From Obrimoposthia wandeli (Eukaryota), in assembly GCA_977020255.1 (NCBI GenBank), contig CDROCS010002991.1, forward strand, positions 248,001-312,000: a stretch of DNA of 64,000 nt, read 5' to 3'. Shown piece by piece: positions 61,203 through 64,000 of the stretch (its first letter is position 1; the number at the start of each line of letters is the position of its first letter). Under the pieces are notes generated by a model. That model made no database searches. It was not told where the DNA came from and was given only the letters and a program-made list of their open reading frames with translations. The position numbers and the translations under genes were made by a program.

Positions 61203-64000
61203 CATTTTGTTTTATAAAAGAGGTTTTAAAGCTTCTTAAATTTTGTTTCAAGACATTTTAATTTCAATTATTAATTTTCAACAATTTTGTATGAACATTA
61301 TTGTTCAACATAGATTTGACTTTTGTATCTTATTTTAAATCCCAACAGATTTTAGAAAAATGATATTAATGTGACGTATTTTATAATGTTACTATGAGAG
61401 TATGGTTAAACTAACTATTATTAGAAAAGCTCAACCATGTACTAAACCTTTATAACTCCAACACTTTTATCTATGAATATGAATATTTTAAAATATTTTG
61501 AAAAATGAGAGATAAATTTAATGAAATGTAAATTTAGCAATAAGCGTTTAAAATATTTAAATGTGCCCGCAAACCAGTCGTTATTTAGGAATCATCTTAA
61601 ATAACATTCTGAAATAAATGTAAATGATCGAAAAACGCAGTATTTTAAAGTACATAGATTCGAAATAATAAGTATGTTAATCGAAAATAAAATATCAATT
61701 GCAAGAATACAAAAAGTTGTTCGACAACCCGAAGCAATATTTAAAATATTATCAATAAGTTTATTTAATGTAGAGAAAGATACTGTTGATATATCCGACG
61801 TTTCAGATTATGTGGGAAATATTTTGAAAATGTATGGGAATATGAAAGTAAAGATATTTGTTCTGAAGATGATGAAGACCATATTATATACAAATGAAGA
61901 AACTATTTCTCCTGCTTATCACCTGCAACTGATAGAACCTGATCCTATTTGTCTTCAAGCTACCTTCAACAGAGCATGGCACATATGCAAAGATATGAGG
62001 AAATTGACAGTTTGACTCATTCTCGTTTGGCTCATCGTATCGAGTCCCTCTTCCCAAAGCCATTTATGACAAGGAATACAGTCAAAAAATTCCACTATAT
62101 CCAGATTTGATGGTAAGCTCACTGGATGTTAGACAATCATCTGAAACAGGCTGTGTACATCGCCGTAAAACTCACGAAACTTTTTTTGGTATTTTGTATT
62201 TCTCAGTCTTAACAGCCTACATGTAAGACAACTTGTAAAGCGCTAAGTTTAATAAAAAAAAGTATATACTTCATTAGGCTTATATGGATTTGTTCAAAAT
62301 TTATGACTTATATGATTAAGAGAGCTTCCATCCATTCACACAACCAAAATGATGTAAACGATGATTAAGATACTGATAAGAAGTAATGAAATTCCTATAC
62401 ATTTGGTTAAACTATTGGAAATCTTGATATGGAATCAAATTAAATTTTTATGGATTTGAATCAATTTTCTTATATAGTTGTTTTTTGTCATTTGAATGAG
62501 AATTAGATTAAATTTTTGTATGTTAATAAAAAATTCTTATTTGATGAATACATTTATATGTTCTACCTTAATTATTCAACTTAACTTAATTATAAGTAAT
62601 TTTCAAATTAAAAAAATAAAATGATAAATATCCATTTAATTTTAACTATATATACTGTTTAAATTTAAATTTTATTAAAAATATACAAATAATATTGAGA
62701 AAATTTACGAACATTTTAAATTAATTTAGAAAACTATTTCAACAAATATTTTTAGTGAGAAATATGTAAAAATCAATGCAAATTAATGAGATATAAAAAC
62801 AATCCAAAAAAGTCCGGAATTACTTATTTGTGAGCCAAAAAATGCATTTCTTATTTTGAGAAATATTTATTATCATTTTGCGAATTAACAATTAGGAAAT
62901 GTTGTCGAACAAAATGGTGAAAATTCTTCCCTTGTTCGTTAGTTTTCGTTCAGAAAACATTTACTGTTGTAAAGATTATAATATTAAATTATATATTTGC
63001 TCTATACTGTTTTTAAATAATTTTAACTATTCTAAGAACAACCGACTTTAAATTTAAAAAAATTACAAATGGAAAAATATTGTTCAATATTAATGAGCAT
63101 AGCATGCAAGGTATGATATAAGTCATGTATACCATTTTAAGTACTGAGTATACATTGTCAGGCAGTTATTTCATACAGCTAAAATGTATTTTTATCATGT
63201 TTTTGTTCAATATTTTGACTCACACAGTTTAATTAATATCAAATCTTTGAAAATATACATAAATAAATGTGAAGTAAAAAAAAGATTTACGTGTTTATAT
63301 ATTCTACACTTACTAAATTTTTCACATAATTAAAATGAGTAAGGAACCCGACGAATAAAAAGTTTTAATCACTAAGTAAGATAATTACTTTACTAAACAT
63401 CATTAAAACTTGGAGGTTATAACCAATTCTCCATTTGTAACATTCTACCTTTCCTACCTTTTCTCGATAACTAAATTAAGAATTTCTGAAAGAAGAATAT
63501 GTACTTTTAATTGTGAGGTACTAAATTTCCCCTTTAATTCTAATAGGAAATGAGTTGACTAAACGTTGCAGCGATTGGTTTGATATAAGACATTAGTAAA
63601 TAGATTGTGGAAAATACCTTTATTTTTTCTTAGAAACGACAAAAAATGCTGATTCACCATATCCATCTAAATGTTCTCAATACAACATTGGGAATTTAAT
63701 AAATATGAAAAGGCTGCGAAACCATGTGAGAATTGTGACCAAATGGGAATGAAGGAAGACTACCGACGTAATATTATAAGTACATCATTTAATAAGCCTT
63801 ATAATATACATATATATTAATTACAGTTTAGTTTCTTAAAATACATCGCTAAATAGAAAAATATTTCAGAGCCAAATTCAAAATTTTGAGATTTCTGAAA
63901 ACACGTATTTGGAAATTTGTTTGTAAGTTTTTATATTTCATTATTGTATGTATGTGTTTCAGACATCATTTAGAGTTTTTATGATATTACTATTTAAGGT

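Noticed and set aside
61674-62100. 113-aa ORF / possible host exon ending at a GTAAG donor
   Set aside because: Non-ATG start, no recognisable domain, and I could not establish a consistent exon frame.

Overview
AT-rich eukaryotic (probably invertebrate) genomic DNA, mostly decayed transposons, with one multi-exon host gene (5'-nucleotidase/metallophosphoesterase, 12502-28333). The centrepiece is a near-intact ~15 kb Polinton/Maverick (adintovirus-like) element at 30206-45250. It has 5'-AG...CT-3' ends, a 6-bp target-site duplication (CAAAGG) and ~0.55 kb terminal inverted repeats (TIRs), each containing a ~170-nt palindrome. It encodes the usual core: protein-primed PolB, rve integrase with chromodomain, packaging ATPase, adenain protease, major and minor capsid. 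It also carries an unusual accessory set: a spliced two-repeat TBP-like gene, a BIR-RING IAP, a ubiquitin-like domain ending in LRGG inside the PolB polyprotein upstream of an intact vOTU, and several 38-44 nt introns. A fixed non-canonical TATA motif (TATAAACAA) sits about 31-46 nt upstream of most element genes, while the TBP gene itself has an ordinary TATA box. Two relics of a second Polinton lineage (3535-7600 and 56142-58235) keep the same gene order and promoter motif, and the left relic keeps the TBP gene. The best candidate for a new system is therefore an element-encoded TBP with its own cognate late-promoter motif. No database searches were possible: family calls come from recognised motifs, and novelty claims still need checking.
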